Below are positions 19,367 through 29,700 of a stretch of 64,000 nucleotides of DNA, piece after piece. The stretch lies in NCBI GenBank assembly GCA_044229975.1, contig JBGARZ010000011.1, forward strand, positions 290,784-354,783. Reading direction: 5' to 3'. The translations under genes were made by a program, and so were the position numbers. The notes below the pieces were generated by a model. It ran no database searches, had not been told where the DNA came from, and saw only the letters and a list, made by a program, of their open reading frames with translations. Source of the DNA: Polyangiales bacterium (GTDB lineage: Bacteria > Myxococcota_A > Polyangia > Polyangiales > Ga0077539). The stretch's first letter is position 1, and each line of letters begins with the position of its first letter.

Positions 19367-21126
19367 CGCAGACCACCCACCGAGAACGGTCCCGAGAAGG
19401 CCGCGAGCGCGCCGAGCGAGCTCGCATGACGAGCGCGAGAGGCGACCCAGTTGCGGCGCGGGAGGTCGAGCCAGGCGTCGCCGAGGAAGTCGTTCCAGAC
19501 GGGGTGCGGGGTCCAACCGCGGACCCAGGGCTGCGTCGCGAAGATGTTGGACGGCGTGTACATGAACGCCCACGGAGCGTCGCGCAGCAGCACGTCCTCG
19601 GCCTGCTCGTACAACCGCACGCGCGCGTCGCGATCGCCCTCGACCTTGGCGCGATCGAGCAGCCCATCGAGCTCGGCGCTGCGATAGAACGCCCGGTTCG
19701 AGCTGCCCTCGTCGTGGATGGAGCGCGAGTGGAAGTTGGGCTCGATGAAGTTCGACGGGTCGGGGTAGTCCATCGCCCAACCGTCGAAGCCGAGCTGCGC
19801 GGTGTGCCGTCGACCGATGGCCGCGTAGTAGATGCTCGCCGCCGCGGGGCGCTGCCGCACGCGGAGGCCGATGCGCCGCAGGTCGGCCTGGAGGATGTCG
19901 CCGTAGATGCTGCCGGTCTCGCCCTCGCCGACCCAGAGCGTGACCTCCTCGGCGATGCCGTCGGGGTGACCCGCGAGGGCCATCTCGCGGCGCGCAGCGG
20001 CGAGGTCGTAGCGCTGCCGCAGGGGGTTGTTGGCGCGGTAGCCCGCGATGCTCGGCGGGTAGAGCGACCACGCGGGCGTGATGCGGTAGTTGCGGGCCCG
20101 CGCGATGGACTCGCGGTCGAGGGCGTAGGTGACGGCGCGGCGCACGTGGACGTTGTCGAAGGGCGCCATCTCGGTGTTCATCATGACGCCGGCGATGAGG
20201 GTGCCGGGCTCGCGCACGACGTACGGTCGCCACGCCGCGTTGTTGAGCAGCCAGAGGTAGTCGGCCGTGCCCAGCGAGTAGTTGTGGACGTAGTCGATCT
20301 CGCCCGCGAGGAAGCGCATGAACTGGAGGTGCCGCGCGACCGAGAGGCCCATCTCGATGGCGTCGAGGTGCGTGCGCTGGGCGTCCCAGTAGCGCGGGTT
20401 GCGGCGCATCACGATGCGGGTGTTGGGCTCCCAGACGTCGAGGGTGAAGGGGCCGGCGCCGACGGGCCGCTGGCCGAAGCGCTCGTCGCCGAGGGCCTCC
20501 ACCACGCGGCGCGGAACGACCGACGCGAAGCGCATCGCGATGAGGTTGAGGAAGGTGCGGTCGGGCTCGGTGAGGCGGACGATGATGGTGCGCGGGTCAG
20601 GCGTCTCGACGCCGGCGAGGTGGGCCGCGCGGCCCTCGCGGAAGTCGGTGAAGCCGACGATGAGGCGGTAGTTTTCGCCGCCGGGCGACGGGAGGCGCCG
20701 CGGGTTGAGCATGCGCTCCCAGGAGTAGCGGAAGTCCTCGCTGGTGATGACGGAGCCGTCGGAGAAGACGATGCCGGGGCGGAGGTGGAAGGTGTACGTG
20801 CGCCCGTCGGGAGAGACCTCCCAGCGCTCGGCGAGGGCGGGCGCGAGCTCGACAGAGCCGGGCGCGTAGTTGATGAGCCCCTCGTGGATGAGCCGGGTGG
20901 GGATGCCCGCGGTGGTGTCGTTGGCGAGCGCGGGGTCGATGGTGTTGAGGTCGCCCTCGTAGCCGAAGCGGAGGGTTCCGCCGCGGTGCGGGGTGGCGCT
21001 GCCCGCGCCGAGGAAGCGGGGGTGGGGATACGGGTCGCGGCAGCCGAGGAAGAGGAGGGAGAGGAGGAGGAGGGGCGCCGACCTGTTATTGCCCGGGGTG
21101 AGGGCCGACGCCCGAACCCCGGTCAC
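19363..21126 (-). CDS. Peptide ABC transporter substrate-binding lipoprotein (family 5)
   Basis: Lipobox LFLGC, LAERWEVSPDGRTYTFHLR, PVGAGPF, PFDNVHVRRA. Start approximate. Confidence 0.93.
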   Translation of the reverse strand: MTGVRASALTPGNNRSAPLLLLSLLFLGCRDPYPHPRFLGAGSATPHRGGTLRFGYEGDLNTIDPALANDTTAGIPTRLIHEGLINYAPGSVELAPALAERWEVSPDGRTYTFHLRPGIVFSDGSVITSEDFRYSWERMLNPRRLPSPGGENYRLIVGFTDFREGRAAHLAGVETPDPRTIIVRLTEPDRTFLNLIAMRFASVVPRRVVEALGDERFGQRPVGAGPFTLDVWEPNTRIVMRRNPRYWDAQRTHLDAIEMGLSVARHLQFMRFLAGEIDYVHNYSLGTADYLWLLNNAAWRPYVVREPGTLIAGVMMNTEMAPFDNVHVRRAVTYALDRESIARARNYRITPAWSLYPPSIAGYRANNPLRQRYDLAAARREMALAGHPDGIAEEVTLWVGEGETGSIYGDILQADLRRIGLRVRQRPAAASIYYAAIGRRHTAQLGFDGWAMDYPDPSNFIEPNFHSRSIHDEGSSNRAFYRSAELDGLLDRAKVEGDRDARVRLYEQAEDVLLRDAPWAFMYTPSNIFATQPWVRGWTPHPVWNDFLGDAWLDLPRRNWVASRARHASSLGALAAFSGPFSVGGLR

Positions 21127-21152
21127 ACCACGGCGCAGCGCCCCCACGGCGG

Positions 21153-21476
21153 TCAGCGCGGGAGCGCCCGGGACTGCACCGCGAGCTGGTTGACGGCCCA
21201 CGTCTCCGCCGCCCGCAGCGACAGGAACGACACCCCCATCCCGTCGCGCACCACCCACCGCACGACGCAGCGGAGCGTCGCGGGCTCCGGCAGGAGCGGC
21301 AGCGTGACGGTGACCGCGACCTCCGTGCCGAAGGGCAGCGACAGCGCCGTCGTGTCGAGGAACATCCCGCCCAGCGACAGGTCTCTCGTGCGGCACTCGA
21401 CGCGCTTGCCGTCGGCCTCGAAGCTCGCCCGCAGCCTCGCGGGAAACCGGACGTGTGCTCGCTTCTCGCTACCCAT
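21153..21476 (-). CDS. PilZ domain protein
   Basis: RAHVR (RxxxR) and DLSLGG (DxSxxG). Confidence 0.9.
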   Translation of the reverse strand: MGSEKRAHVRFPARLRASFEADGKRVECRTRDLSLGGMFLDTTALSLPFGTEVAVTVTLPLLPEPATLRCVVRWVVRDGMGVSFLSLRAAETWAVNQLAVQSRALPR

Positions 21477-21559
21477 CGTGAGGGACGCGGACTCTCTCAC
21501 GCGGCGGTCGTTGGTGTCATCGGGTTTCCCACCGGGGGCGTGGTGGTACCGTCGCTGCC

Positions 21560-22492
21560 ATGACCGTCGCCGCCCCGCCGAAGCCCTGGGACGTCCCTCC
21601 CCTCATCGCGCTCGGCGCGCTCGCGCTCGCGGCGGCCATCATCTTTCCGCTGGTGCGTCCGACCGCGCTCTACCCCACCGTCCTGCCGCCGCTCGCGATC
21701 GATGGTGCCGCGCTCATGGCCGAGCACCGCCGCGACCTCGCGCGCACCCGCCCCGTCGCCACCACCGAGGCCCTCGCCGCCTGGAACGCCCTCACCCTCG
21801 CCCAGTCCCGCTCCGTCCGCGAGCGCGCCGGGTGGCAGGCGCAGGCGACCTTCGCGTCGCAGCTCTTCGAGGCCACGGAGGGCGCGCCCGAGGCGCGTCT
21901 CGCGGTGCGCGCGGTGGCGGCGCAGCAGTTTCTCGCCAACCTCGCCAACCCCGTGAGCCCCGGGACCATCGTCGCGCGGCGACACGGGCTCACGGGCCCC
22001 GAAGCCGACCCGACGATCACGGACGCGCATCGGCTGGGGTGGTTCTTCTTGAGGTGGGAGCGGCTGGCGCTGCCGACGCCGGAGCATGGGCACGTCGAGC
22101 CGCTCACCGACACGCTGCTGCGCATCACCCCGGCGACGCAGCGGGCCTTCGCCTCGTGGCTGCTCTCCGCGAGCTGCAACGACATCACGGGCAGCGCCAA
22201 CCCCGACCCGCGGGCGTGCGCCGAGGTGCGTCGCCCGATGATCGCCTTCGCGACGCGCGTCGACCCGCGCTACCCGCGCGACGAGGCGCTCGCGGCGACG
22301 GACGTGATGCTGGCCGTGGGGCTGCGGCACCCGCGTGTGGTGCCGGGCGACGAGCGCCGCGGCACCGACCTCGAAGAGGCCCAGGCCGCGCTGCACCAGG
22401 CGCAGGACCGCTACCAGGCGCTCTCGCGAGCGCAGCCCGACCGACGCTGGACGCGGTACTCGCTGGCCGTGTTGCGCGAGCTGTCGGAGTAA
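21560..22492 (+). CDS. Hypothetical membrane-anchored protein
   Basis: 310-aa ORF with GC3 bias and N-terminal TM segment. Confidence 0.7.
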   Translation: MTVAAPPKPWDVPPLIALGALALAAAIIFPLVRPTALYPTVLPPLAIDGAALMAEHRRDLARTRPVATTEALAAWNALTLAQSRSVRERAGWQAQATFASQLFEATEGAPEARLAVRAVAAQQFLANLANPVSPGTIVARRHGLTGPEADPTITDAHRLGWFFLRWERLALPTPEHGHVEPLTDTLLRITPATQRAFASWLLSASCNDITGSANPDPRACAEVRRPMIAFATRVDPRYPRDEALAATDVMLAVGLRHPRVVPGDERRGTDLEEAQAALHQAQDRYQALSRAQPDRRWTRYSLAVLRELSE

Positions 22493-22508
22493 GGGGGCGA
22501 CGAGCGGA

Positions 22509-23360
22509 TCAGCCGCCCATCTTCGCCAGCAGCGCCCTCAGCCGTGCGGTCTCCGCTTCTGCACTCTCCGCCCGGAGCCTGGCGTTTTCGGTCTCCGCCT
22601 CTGCACTATCGGCACGGGCCTCTGCACTCTCTGCGCGCACCTTCGCACTCTCGGCCTCCGCCTTCGCACTCTCGGCCTCCGCTTTCGCACGCTCAGCCTC
22701 CGCCGCGGCTCTCTCGGCCTCTGCCGCGGCTCTCGCTGCCTCCGCCTTCGCGCTCTCGGCTCGCTCCTCCGCGGTCGGCACCAGCACGTCTCCCCGCGCG
22801 CCCGTCGCCAGTCGCACGCACGGCTTGCTCTTGTCGCTCACCGCCCGCAGCCAGCACCCCAGCGCACGGCTCTGCACCCGATCACCCTGCGACGCCTCCA
22901 CCCGCACCAGCCGCCCTCGCACCCGCCGCCACACCTGCCAGCGCACCCGCTTGCGCGACCGCGACGTCGCCCATGGGTCGAACACCACGAGCTCCTTCGC
23001 CCCCATCGCCTCGTAGTCGGCCGGCGCCTCGTCGTAGTCCTTCTTCCAGTCGTCGCCAACGATCTCCAGCGCGAAGCTCGGCGCGTGGCCCTCCCACACC
23101 TTCCACGAGCTCACCGCCGGGATGTCCTGCGGCACGCCGTCCACCACGTAGACGTCCGGCGCGCGACGCACCCCGTTGTCGCCCTCCACCCAGTAGAAGA
23201 ACTGATCCGCTCCCGCGTGGGCCACCCGTCCCTCTGCCACCAACCACTGCGCGATCAGCGGGCGCAGAAGCTCCGCGATGAGCCGCTGGAGTTCGTGCTC
23301 CGCCATGTCATCGCTCTCCGGGTAATGGACCGCGTCCCACCGCTTTGCCGTCGCGACCAT
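22509..23360 (-). CDS. Uma2-family endonuclease with coiled-coil AE-repeat tail
   Basis: YPESDDMAE, APDVYVV, ALEIV, YEAMGAKELVVFDP; 21-bp tandem repeats at about 22550-22760. Confidence 0.9.
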   Translation of the reverse strand: MVATAKRWDAVHYPESDDMAEHELQRLIAELLRPLIAQWLVAEGRVAHAGADQFFYWVEGDNGVRRAPDVYVVDGVPQDIPAVSSWKVWEGHAPSFALEIVGDDWKKDYDEAPADYEAMGAKELVVFDPWATSRSRKRVRWQVWRRVRGRLVRVEASQGDRVQSRALGCWLRAVSDKSKPCVRLATGARGDVLVPTAEERAESAKAEAARAAAEAERAAAEAERAKAEAESAKAEAESAKVRAESAEARADSAEAETENARLRAESAEAETARLRALLAKMGG

Positions 23361-23459
23361 GACTCCCGATCTATCACACGCCGAGGCGCTCTGCTTAGCG
23401 CCCGCTGAAGCGCTCCAGGTACCGCTCGACGCACCGCCGCACCGTGGTCCCATCGGCGA

Positions 23460-24070
23460 TGCCCAGCTGCCGAGCGGATCACCAGGTCGTCGCCGTGGCC
23501 GCGCTCTTGATCGAGCAGGGCGTTCTGCTCGTCGACGTAGGCGACGGCGTCGAGCAGCGCGGGCAGGCGCGTGTCGGCCGTCACGTCGCGAGGCACGGTG
23601 ACGGTCAGCGCGTGGCCCGTCGCCAGCGCGAGGCGCATCGGGACGCCGAGCTCATCGAACCACGCCCCCAGGGCCGCGGTCACACGCTCGGCGAAGTCGT
23701 CGGCGCCGACCCACCCGGGCGCGCGCGGCTGCTCTGGAGCGGCGTCCGGAGACTGCGCCGCGAGGTCGAGCACCGCCTCACCGTGGGCCAGCGACTCGGG
23801 GGCGTGCGGGCGCAGGCGGAGGGAGGTTCCGTTGCGGCTGCCGAGGTCGATGACCCACGCGCCGTCGGGGCCACGGCCGACCAGCGCGTGCTGCGCGGAG
23901 ACCTTCTCCGAGTCGATGGCCAGCGGGACGACCCGCCACGCGGAGAGGTCGTGCGTCGACGCCACGCGCGCGGCGTCGGGCGCGCGACCGATCAGGAGCG
24001 CTGAGCCGGGTGCGAGCGTGGCCACGTGGGGTTCGGTGCGGCCGGGAACATGAACGCGCAGACGCAACAT
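23460..24070 (-). pseudogene. Truncated FHA-domain protein, probably the 5' part of an FHA-sigma54 activator
   Basis: LIGR, VSAQHA, DLGSRNGT FHA motifs; plausible coding ends at DLVIRSAA, where an AAA domain would normally begin. Confidence 0.55.
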
Positions 24071-24130
24071 CGGCGCGACGGTGTGGGAGAGACGAAGCGC
24101 GCGTCAAGGCGTTGGTCGAGGGTCGTGCGC

Positions 24131-24655
24131 TCAGTGCCGGACAGCGGCGGCCAGCATCGCGAAGGCGATTCCGCCGACGATGGCGAGCGCGTAGAGGCCC
24201 ATCATCACGGCGGCCGAGATGCCGACGAAGCGCCAGAACGTCGTCTGCTTCTGCACCGCGTCGGCGAGGCCCTCCATGGGGCCGCCCGCGTCGGCGTAGC
24301 GGCCGATGCTGCTCGCGTAGCGACCGAGCAGGTACGACGGCGCGAAGTAGAAGGCACCGAGCACGATGTACATCACCCCGATCGCCGGACCGATGACCCC
24401 GCCGAGCCCGTGAGGACCCGACGGGCCGAAGGCGCTGCCCAGCAGACCGCCCACCATCGTGACCAGGCCCAGCAGGATCATCATCCCCGCGCCGATGTAC
24501 CCGAGCACCGACAGGAACATGATCCACGGCTTCGCGCGCTTCATCGCGTCGAGGATCTGGCTCTCGGGGCCGCCGTAGCCATCGCGGAAGGCGCCTCCGG
24601 TCGGGTTCGGGTTGGCGAGAGATGGCGGGGGCGGCGCAGGGATGAAGTCGTTCAT
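24131..24655 (-). CDS. DUF5362-like membrane protein
   Basis: KPWIMFLSVLG...YFAPSYLLGRYA...QTTFWRFVGI. Confidence 0.75.
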   Translation of the reverse strand: MNDFIPAPPPPSLANPNPTGGAFRDGYGGPESQILDAMKRAKPWIMFLSVLGYIGAGMMILLGLVTMVGGLLGSAFGPSGPHGLGGVIGPAIGVMYIVLGAFYFAPSYLLGRYASSIGRYADAGGPMEGLADAVQKQTTFWRFVGISAAVMMGLYALAIVGGIAFAMLAAAVRH

Positions 24656-24784
24656 GGAGGGCGATGGTATGCCCCGCCGAGGCACGTTGACCATCGCCGG
24701 GGGTGCATTGAACCTCCCGCCGTCTGAGGGCATCCCACGGCGCTCGTCCCCCTTCTTCCTTCCTCTCGTCGGAGCTCATCCATC

Positions 24785-26749
24785 GTGTCCAGAAGCTCGT
24801 CCCTCCTGCTCGCGTGTTGCCTCTCCACCGCGTGCGCGCAGACCGTCACCTCGGGCATCGCACAGCCCGACGCGGGCACCGCCGTCGACGCGCCCATCGT
24901 CATCGCTGACGTGAACCCGCCCACCGACGTAGGCGCGCCCGTCGACGCAGGTGCGCCCATCGTCATCCCCGACGGCGGCGTCTCCGACGATTGCCGCCCC
25001 GCGACGTGGTGCTGGGAGCGCCCCTTCCCCACGGGGGAAACAGCCGTCGCGGCCGTCGCGCCGTCCGCCGATCGCATGGCCTTCATCACCGAAGGCGGAA
25101 CCCTCGTGCGCTGGGAGTCGGGCCGCTGGAGCACGCAGACGCTCACGCTGCCGGGTCAGCCGACGGGCCTGTGGCTCGGGGCCGATGGTGACGTGGTGCT
25201 CACCGTGGTCGAGCGCATCTCCCAACGGGAGCGCTGGATCGTCGAGCTGCGCAGCGGCGCCCAGCGCATCACCGCGCTGGCGGGTCAAGGCTACGTGAGC
25301 AACCCGCAGTCGAGCGGCGACACCGTGTGGGTGCAGGGCGCGCGCGAGCTCTACCGGCGACGCGGCGACGCGGCCTGGGAGACCATCGACGGACCGGGGA
25401 GCGACGCGCTCATCGCGAGCCTGCACGTCGTCGGACCCAACGAGGTCATCGCGCTGGAGAGCTGGGGCTCGGGCAGCGGAACGGGCCTCCTCCACCGCTA
25501 CAACGCCGGCGCGTGGGAGCTCGTGGTGGACTTCCGCGAGCGCTCCGCCGACCGGGTCGAGGGCCCCATCGTCGCGCACGACGGCGCGCTGTGGATGCGC
25601 ACCTTCGAGCCCGACCGCGGGCTGCCGGGGGTCGTGCGGGTGGTGGGCTCGGAGACCGAATACCTGAGCGTTCCGCGGGGCACGAGCTCGATCAGCCTCG
25701 CCGCGGTGGGCACCGAGGTGTGGCTCATCGACGGCAACCGCGCGTGGCGTCGGCGAGGCGACGAGTGGGTCGCGGTGATGGGCTTCCCGGGTCGCTCGTA
25801 CGGCGTCATCACGGGCTTCGGCGACGGCGTCGCGTGGGTGCTCAACGAGGGCATCCATCGCTTCAGCGGGGGCGCGTGGCAGCGCGTGGCGGAGGGCGAC
25901 CAGCCCACCGGCAACTTCTGGGACGTGGGCGGTGAGCCGCTGCTGGTGTCGTATCGCCCGTCGGGCTTTCTCGCGCTGCGGGCGGGCACGCGACCGACGT
26001 GGGCGCTGGAGCCGATGATGTTGCAGGGAGACATCATCGGCGACGCCGCGCCGGTGCAGGGCGTCGGAGCGCTCGCCACGGACGAGGGCGTGATGCGGGT
26101 GACCGGGCGCGCCGTGGGGCGGATGGTGACGTGGCCCGAGCGGGGCGTCGGGCGAGTGATGAGCGCGAGCCCGGCGGGCGTGTGGGCGTGGCTCACCACC
26201 AACCGCTTCATCGGCCTCGTCGGCGACGCGTGGACGGAGGTGACGGGGCCGGTGTTCGAGGACGTTCCGCGCGCGGGGTACACCGTCGACGCGGTGCACT
26301 TCACGGCGGACGGGCGGCTCTTCGTGGCGGCCTCGGTGGTGACCGGGGACAAGCAGGTGCGACGGCGGGTGTTCGTGCGCGAGGGCGAAGGGTGGCGGCT
26401 GGTCGTCAGCGAGATGGGGGTATTCGGGCGGACGGAGTCGGCGTTTGTCGTGGGTGATACGTCGAGCGACGTCTGGATCGGCCTGTCCGGCCTGCACCAC
26501 TTCAACGGGATGACCGCGTCGCTGGTGGCGCCCGGCCTCGACGTGCAGGGGCTCTCGCGGCGCAGCGACGGGGTGGTGGTGGCCCTCACCGCGACGACGG
26601 TGCAGACCTGGGGCGCCGACGAACGGCGCCTCGCTCCGGTGCCGCTGCCGCCGGTGCGGGCGCACTTCACGCGGGTGCATCAGGTGGCGGGGACGCGGGT
26701 GCTGCGCGTGGCCAACGCGAGCGGGCAGGTGATGCGCTACACGCCGTAG
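24785..26749 (+). CDS. Beta-propeller lipoprotein
   Basis: Lipobox LSTAC, WCWERPFPTG, repeated W-containing blade motifs. Confidence 0.75.
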   Translation: MSRSSSLLLACCLSTACAQTVTSGIAQPDAGTAVDAPIVIADVNPPTDVGAPVDAGAPIVIPDGGVSDDCRPATWCWERPFPTGETAVAAVAPSADRMAFITEGGTLVRWESGRWSTQTLTLPGQPTGLWLGADGDVVLTVVERISQRERWIVELRSGAQRITALAGQGYVSNPQSSGDTVWVQGARELYRRRGDAAWETIDGPGSDALIASLHVVGPNEVIALESWGSGSGTGLLHRYNAGAWELVVDFRERSADRVEGPIVAHDGALWMRTFEPDRGLPGVVRVVGSETEYLSVPRGTSSISLAAVGTEVWLIDGNRAWRRRGDEWVAVMGFPGRSYGVITGFGDGVAWVLNEGIHRFSGGAWQRVAEGDQPTGNFWDVGGEPLLVSYRPSGFLALRAGTRPTWALEPMMLQGDIIGDAAPVQGVGALATDEGVMRVTGRAVGRMVTWPERGVGRVMSASPAGVWAWLTTNRFIGLVGDAWTEVTGPVFEDVPRAGYTVDAVHFTADGRLFVAASVVTGDKQVRRRVFVREGEGWRLVVSEMGVFGRTESAFVVGDTSSDVWIGLSGLHHFNGMTASLVAPGLDVQGLSRRSDGVVVALTATTVQTWGADERRLAPVPLPPVRAHFTRVHQVAGTRVLRVANASGQVMRYTP

Positions 26750-26792
26750 GCGTTGCACCGGACGGCGTGACCGGGAGAGCATCGCCGCCCGC

Positions 26793-29700
26793 ATGACCAC
26801 CCCAGTGGCTCCGAAGACCGCGCCGAGGGGCGTCGCGGACGCGATGAAGCGCATCGCCGCCTCGCGAGACGTAGCAGCCCGCGCCGATGACCTCCCGGCG
26901 CTCCCGGCCTTCGACATCGAAGCCATCCGCGTGCCGGTCGAGCGGCGGCTCGCGGAGCAGTTGGAGAAGATCCCGGCCTTCGCGAGGCTGCGCGACAAGA
27001 TCGACCCGCCGCCACCCGAGGCCGTGCGTCGACGGCTCATGGCCGAGGCCCTGCGGCTGTCGGAGTCCATGGCGCCGGACACCTACGCCTACGCCCACGC
27101 CGCGCGGCGAACGCTCAACATCGACCGCCCGCTGGAGATCTATCAATCGGGCGGCCAGGAAAACGCCGCGATCCATCTCATCGAGGAGCCCATCGTCCTC
27201 GAGATCATGGGGCGGCTCATGACCCTGCTCGACCGCGGCGCGGCCATCGCGGTCTTCGGCCACGAGTTTGGCCACTACCTCGCGCACGGTCCGTGGACGC
27301 CCATCGGCCGCACCGGCACCGCCGCCAACGTGCTGATGCGGATGGACGACCTCGACGACACGCTCGTGTCCGTCGCCAGCGCGCTCTTCATGGCGCGCGA
27401 GCTCACGGCCGACCGCGTCGGGATGCTCGCCTGCCAGGACCTCGCCGCCCACCTCCGCCTGGAGATGATCTGCACCACGTCGCTCCCCGGCGACGCGCTC
27501 ACCTGGGACACCGACGCGTACCTCCTCCAGTGTCGCGAGCTCATCGACGCCCTGCTCGAAGGCAGCGACCAGGCGGCGGGCAGCACGCACCCCGAGCACA
27601 GCGTGAGGGCGTGGGCCGCGTGGCTCTTCAGCGAGACCGCGGAGTACCGCGCGCTCACCGGCAAGGGCCCCGGCACCCGCGCGCTCGCCGACGTCGACGC
27701 CCTCATCGACCGCGTGCTCGCCGCCCCGTCGCTCGACTTCGACTGGAACATGTTCGAAGCGCCGCCCGTCGAGATGCACGAGTGCGCCCTCGCGTGCAGC
27801 GTGCTGGTCGCCAGCGCCGACGGCGACCTCGCCGACGTCGAGGCCGACGTCATCGAGAAGGTGTTCGCGCCGCTGGTCCCCGACTGGCGCTGGTACCTCG
27901 ACGTGGACAACGCCCGCGAGCGGCTCGCCGAGGTGTCGCCGGTGATGCAGTCGGTCGGGGGTGACGCGCAGCGCTCGCTCTTCCTGCTGCTCATGCACGT
28001 CGTCGCCGCGGACGGGAAGGTCTTCGAGGGCGAGGTCGACATGGTGCTCGCGCTCGGCGACTACCTCGGCCTGGGCCCCCTCTTCCATCGCCTCATGGGC
28101 GCCTCGCTGCGCGCGCTGGGGTTGTCCCTCCGCGTCGACGAGGAGCCCGCCGTGTCGATCCCGCTGCCGCCGCGCAGCGGGGAGGCGCTGGAGGCGCTGC
28201 GGGCCTTCCTCACCGGCGTCGTGCGGCGCCGGGGCGCGCAGACCACGCTGCGCCGACTGGTGCGCCTCGTGGGCGCGACGGACCCGACGCCGGAAGTACT
28301 GCGCGCCCTCACCGCGGAGATCGCCCGCGCCGGGGTCACGCTCGACCCGCCCTTCGATCAAGGCGATCTGGAGACGGAGCGCTCGCTGACGGTTCCGCAT
28401 GCGACCGTCGCCGCGGCCCCGGTGCGCGCCGCCCGCCGCGACGCGTCGCTGCTCCCCGAGGAGCGGGCCAACCTGCTGCGCGCCGTCACCGTGCTCCGCG
28501 ACCAGCTCGTCTCGGGCAACGGCAACAGCCCCGCCGTGCGCCTCCGTCGCCCGCGCGCCGGCCGCACCATGGACCTCCACGACCTGGAGTCCCTCTCCAC
28601 CGGCCTCGCCGAGCGCACGCTCGCGCAGCTCCGCGAAGGCCGCCGCGCGAAGCTCGTCGACGCCACCGAAGCGGGCGCCCACGCGGGGGGACAACGCGTC
28701 GCCGCCGCGCTCCTGCTGCTCGACCGCGACGCGAGGCAGCGCGTGGAGGAGACCGGCGCGCGCGACCTCGCAGTGGGCCATCCCTTCCTCGCGGGCATGG
28801 TGCAGGGCTACCTCGTGCGCGGCCCGCTGGTGCTGCACCCGGTGTCGCTGGAGCGCGACGCCCGCGGCGCCCGCGGCTTCGGGCTGGTGCCGTCCAAGGA
28901 CGAACCGCCGCAGGTCAACATGGCCCTCCTGCGACTGCTCTTCGCGAAGAAGGGCTACGCGTTTACCGACGCGCTCGCGGAGTTTCTCGACGCGGCGGCG
29001 GCCGACCCCGCGCGCAGCGTCGAGGCCATTCTGGAGACGCTCGCGCAGGTGGGGCTCACGCCGACCCGCGCGCCGAGCGCCCTCTCCCCGCTGCGCGACC
29101 GCGCCGAGGAGATCTTGCAGTGGAGCGGCGACCGCCTGGAGCTGGAGGAGTGCGCCGTGCTGGGCTTCTTCCCGCAGTCCGACAGCGACCTGCTGCAAGA
29201 CTACGACGCCCTGCTCACCGCGCTCGGCGACCCCACCGTCGACCCGGGCGCGCTGCTTGGGTGTGCCACCACGCTGCTGCCCGCCGAGATGCGCGCGGCG
29301 CTCCAGGGAGTTGAGCGCGCCTCGTCGCTCCCCTCCCCCGACTCGACCCTCGGGACGGTGCTCTACGCCGACCCCAGCCAGCGCGCGGTGCTGCGCCGCG
29401 CGGCCACCGAGCGGGCGCTGGTCATCGACGGACCGCCCGGCACCGGCAAGAGCCAGGTGATCGTGAACCTCGTCGCCGACGCCCTCGCCCGCGGCGAGCG
29501 CGTGGCGGTGGTGTGCGAGAAGCGCGCGGCCCTCGACGTGGTGGCGCAGCGCGCGCAGTCCGTCGGGCTGCGGCACTCCATGGCCCTCGTCCACGACGTG
29601 TTCGACGACCGCAAGGGGCTCTACGCCCAGCTCACCGCGCGCCTCGAAGAGACCACCGCGCGCACCCTCGACACGGCCGACGCGGCACGGGTCACCCAGG

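Noticed and set aside
22550..22760. Regulatory tandem array
   Set aside because: 21-bp units encode the usual AE-rich coiled-coil tail of the Uma2 protein.
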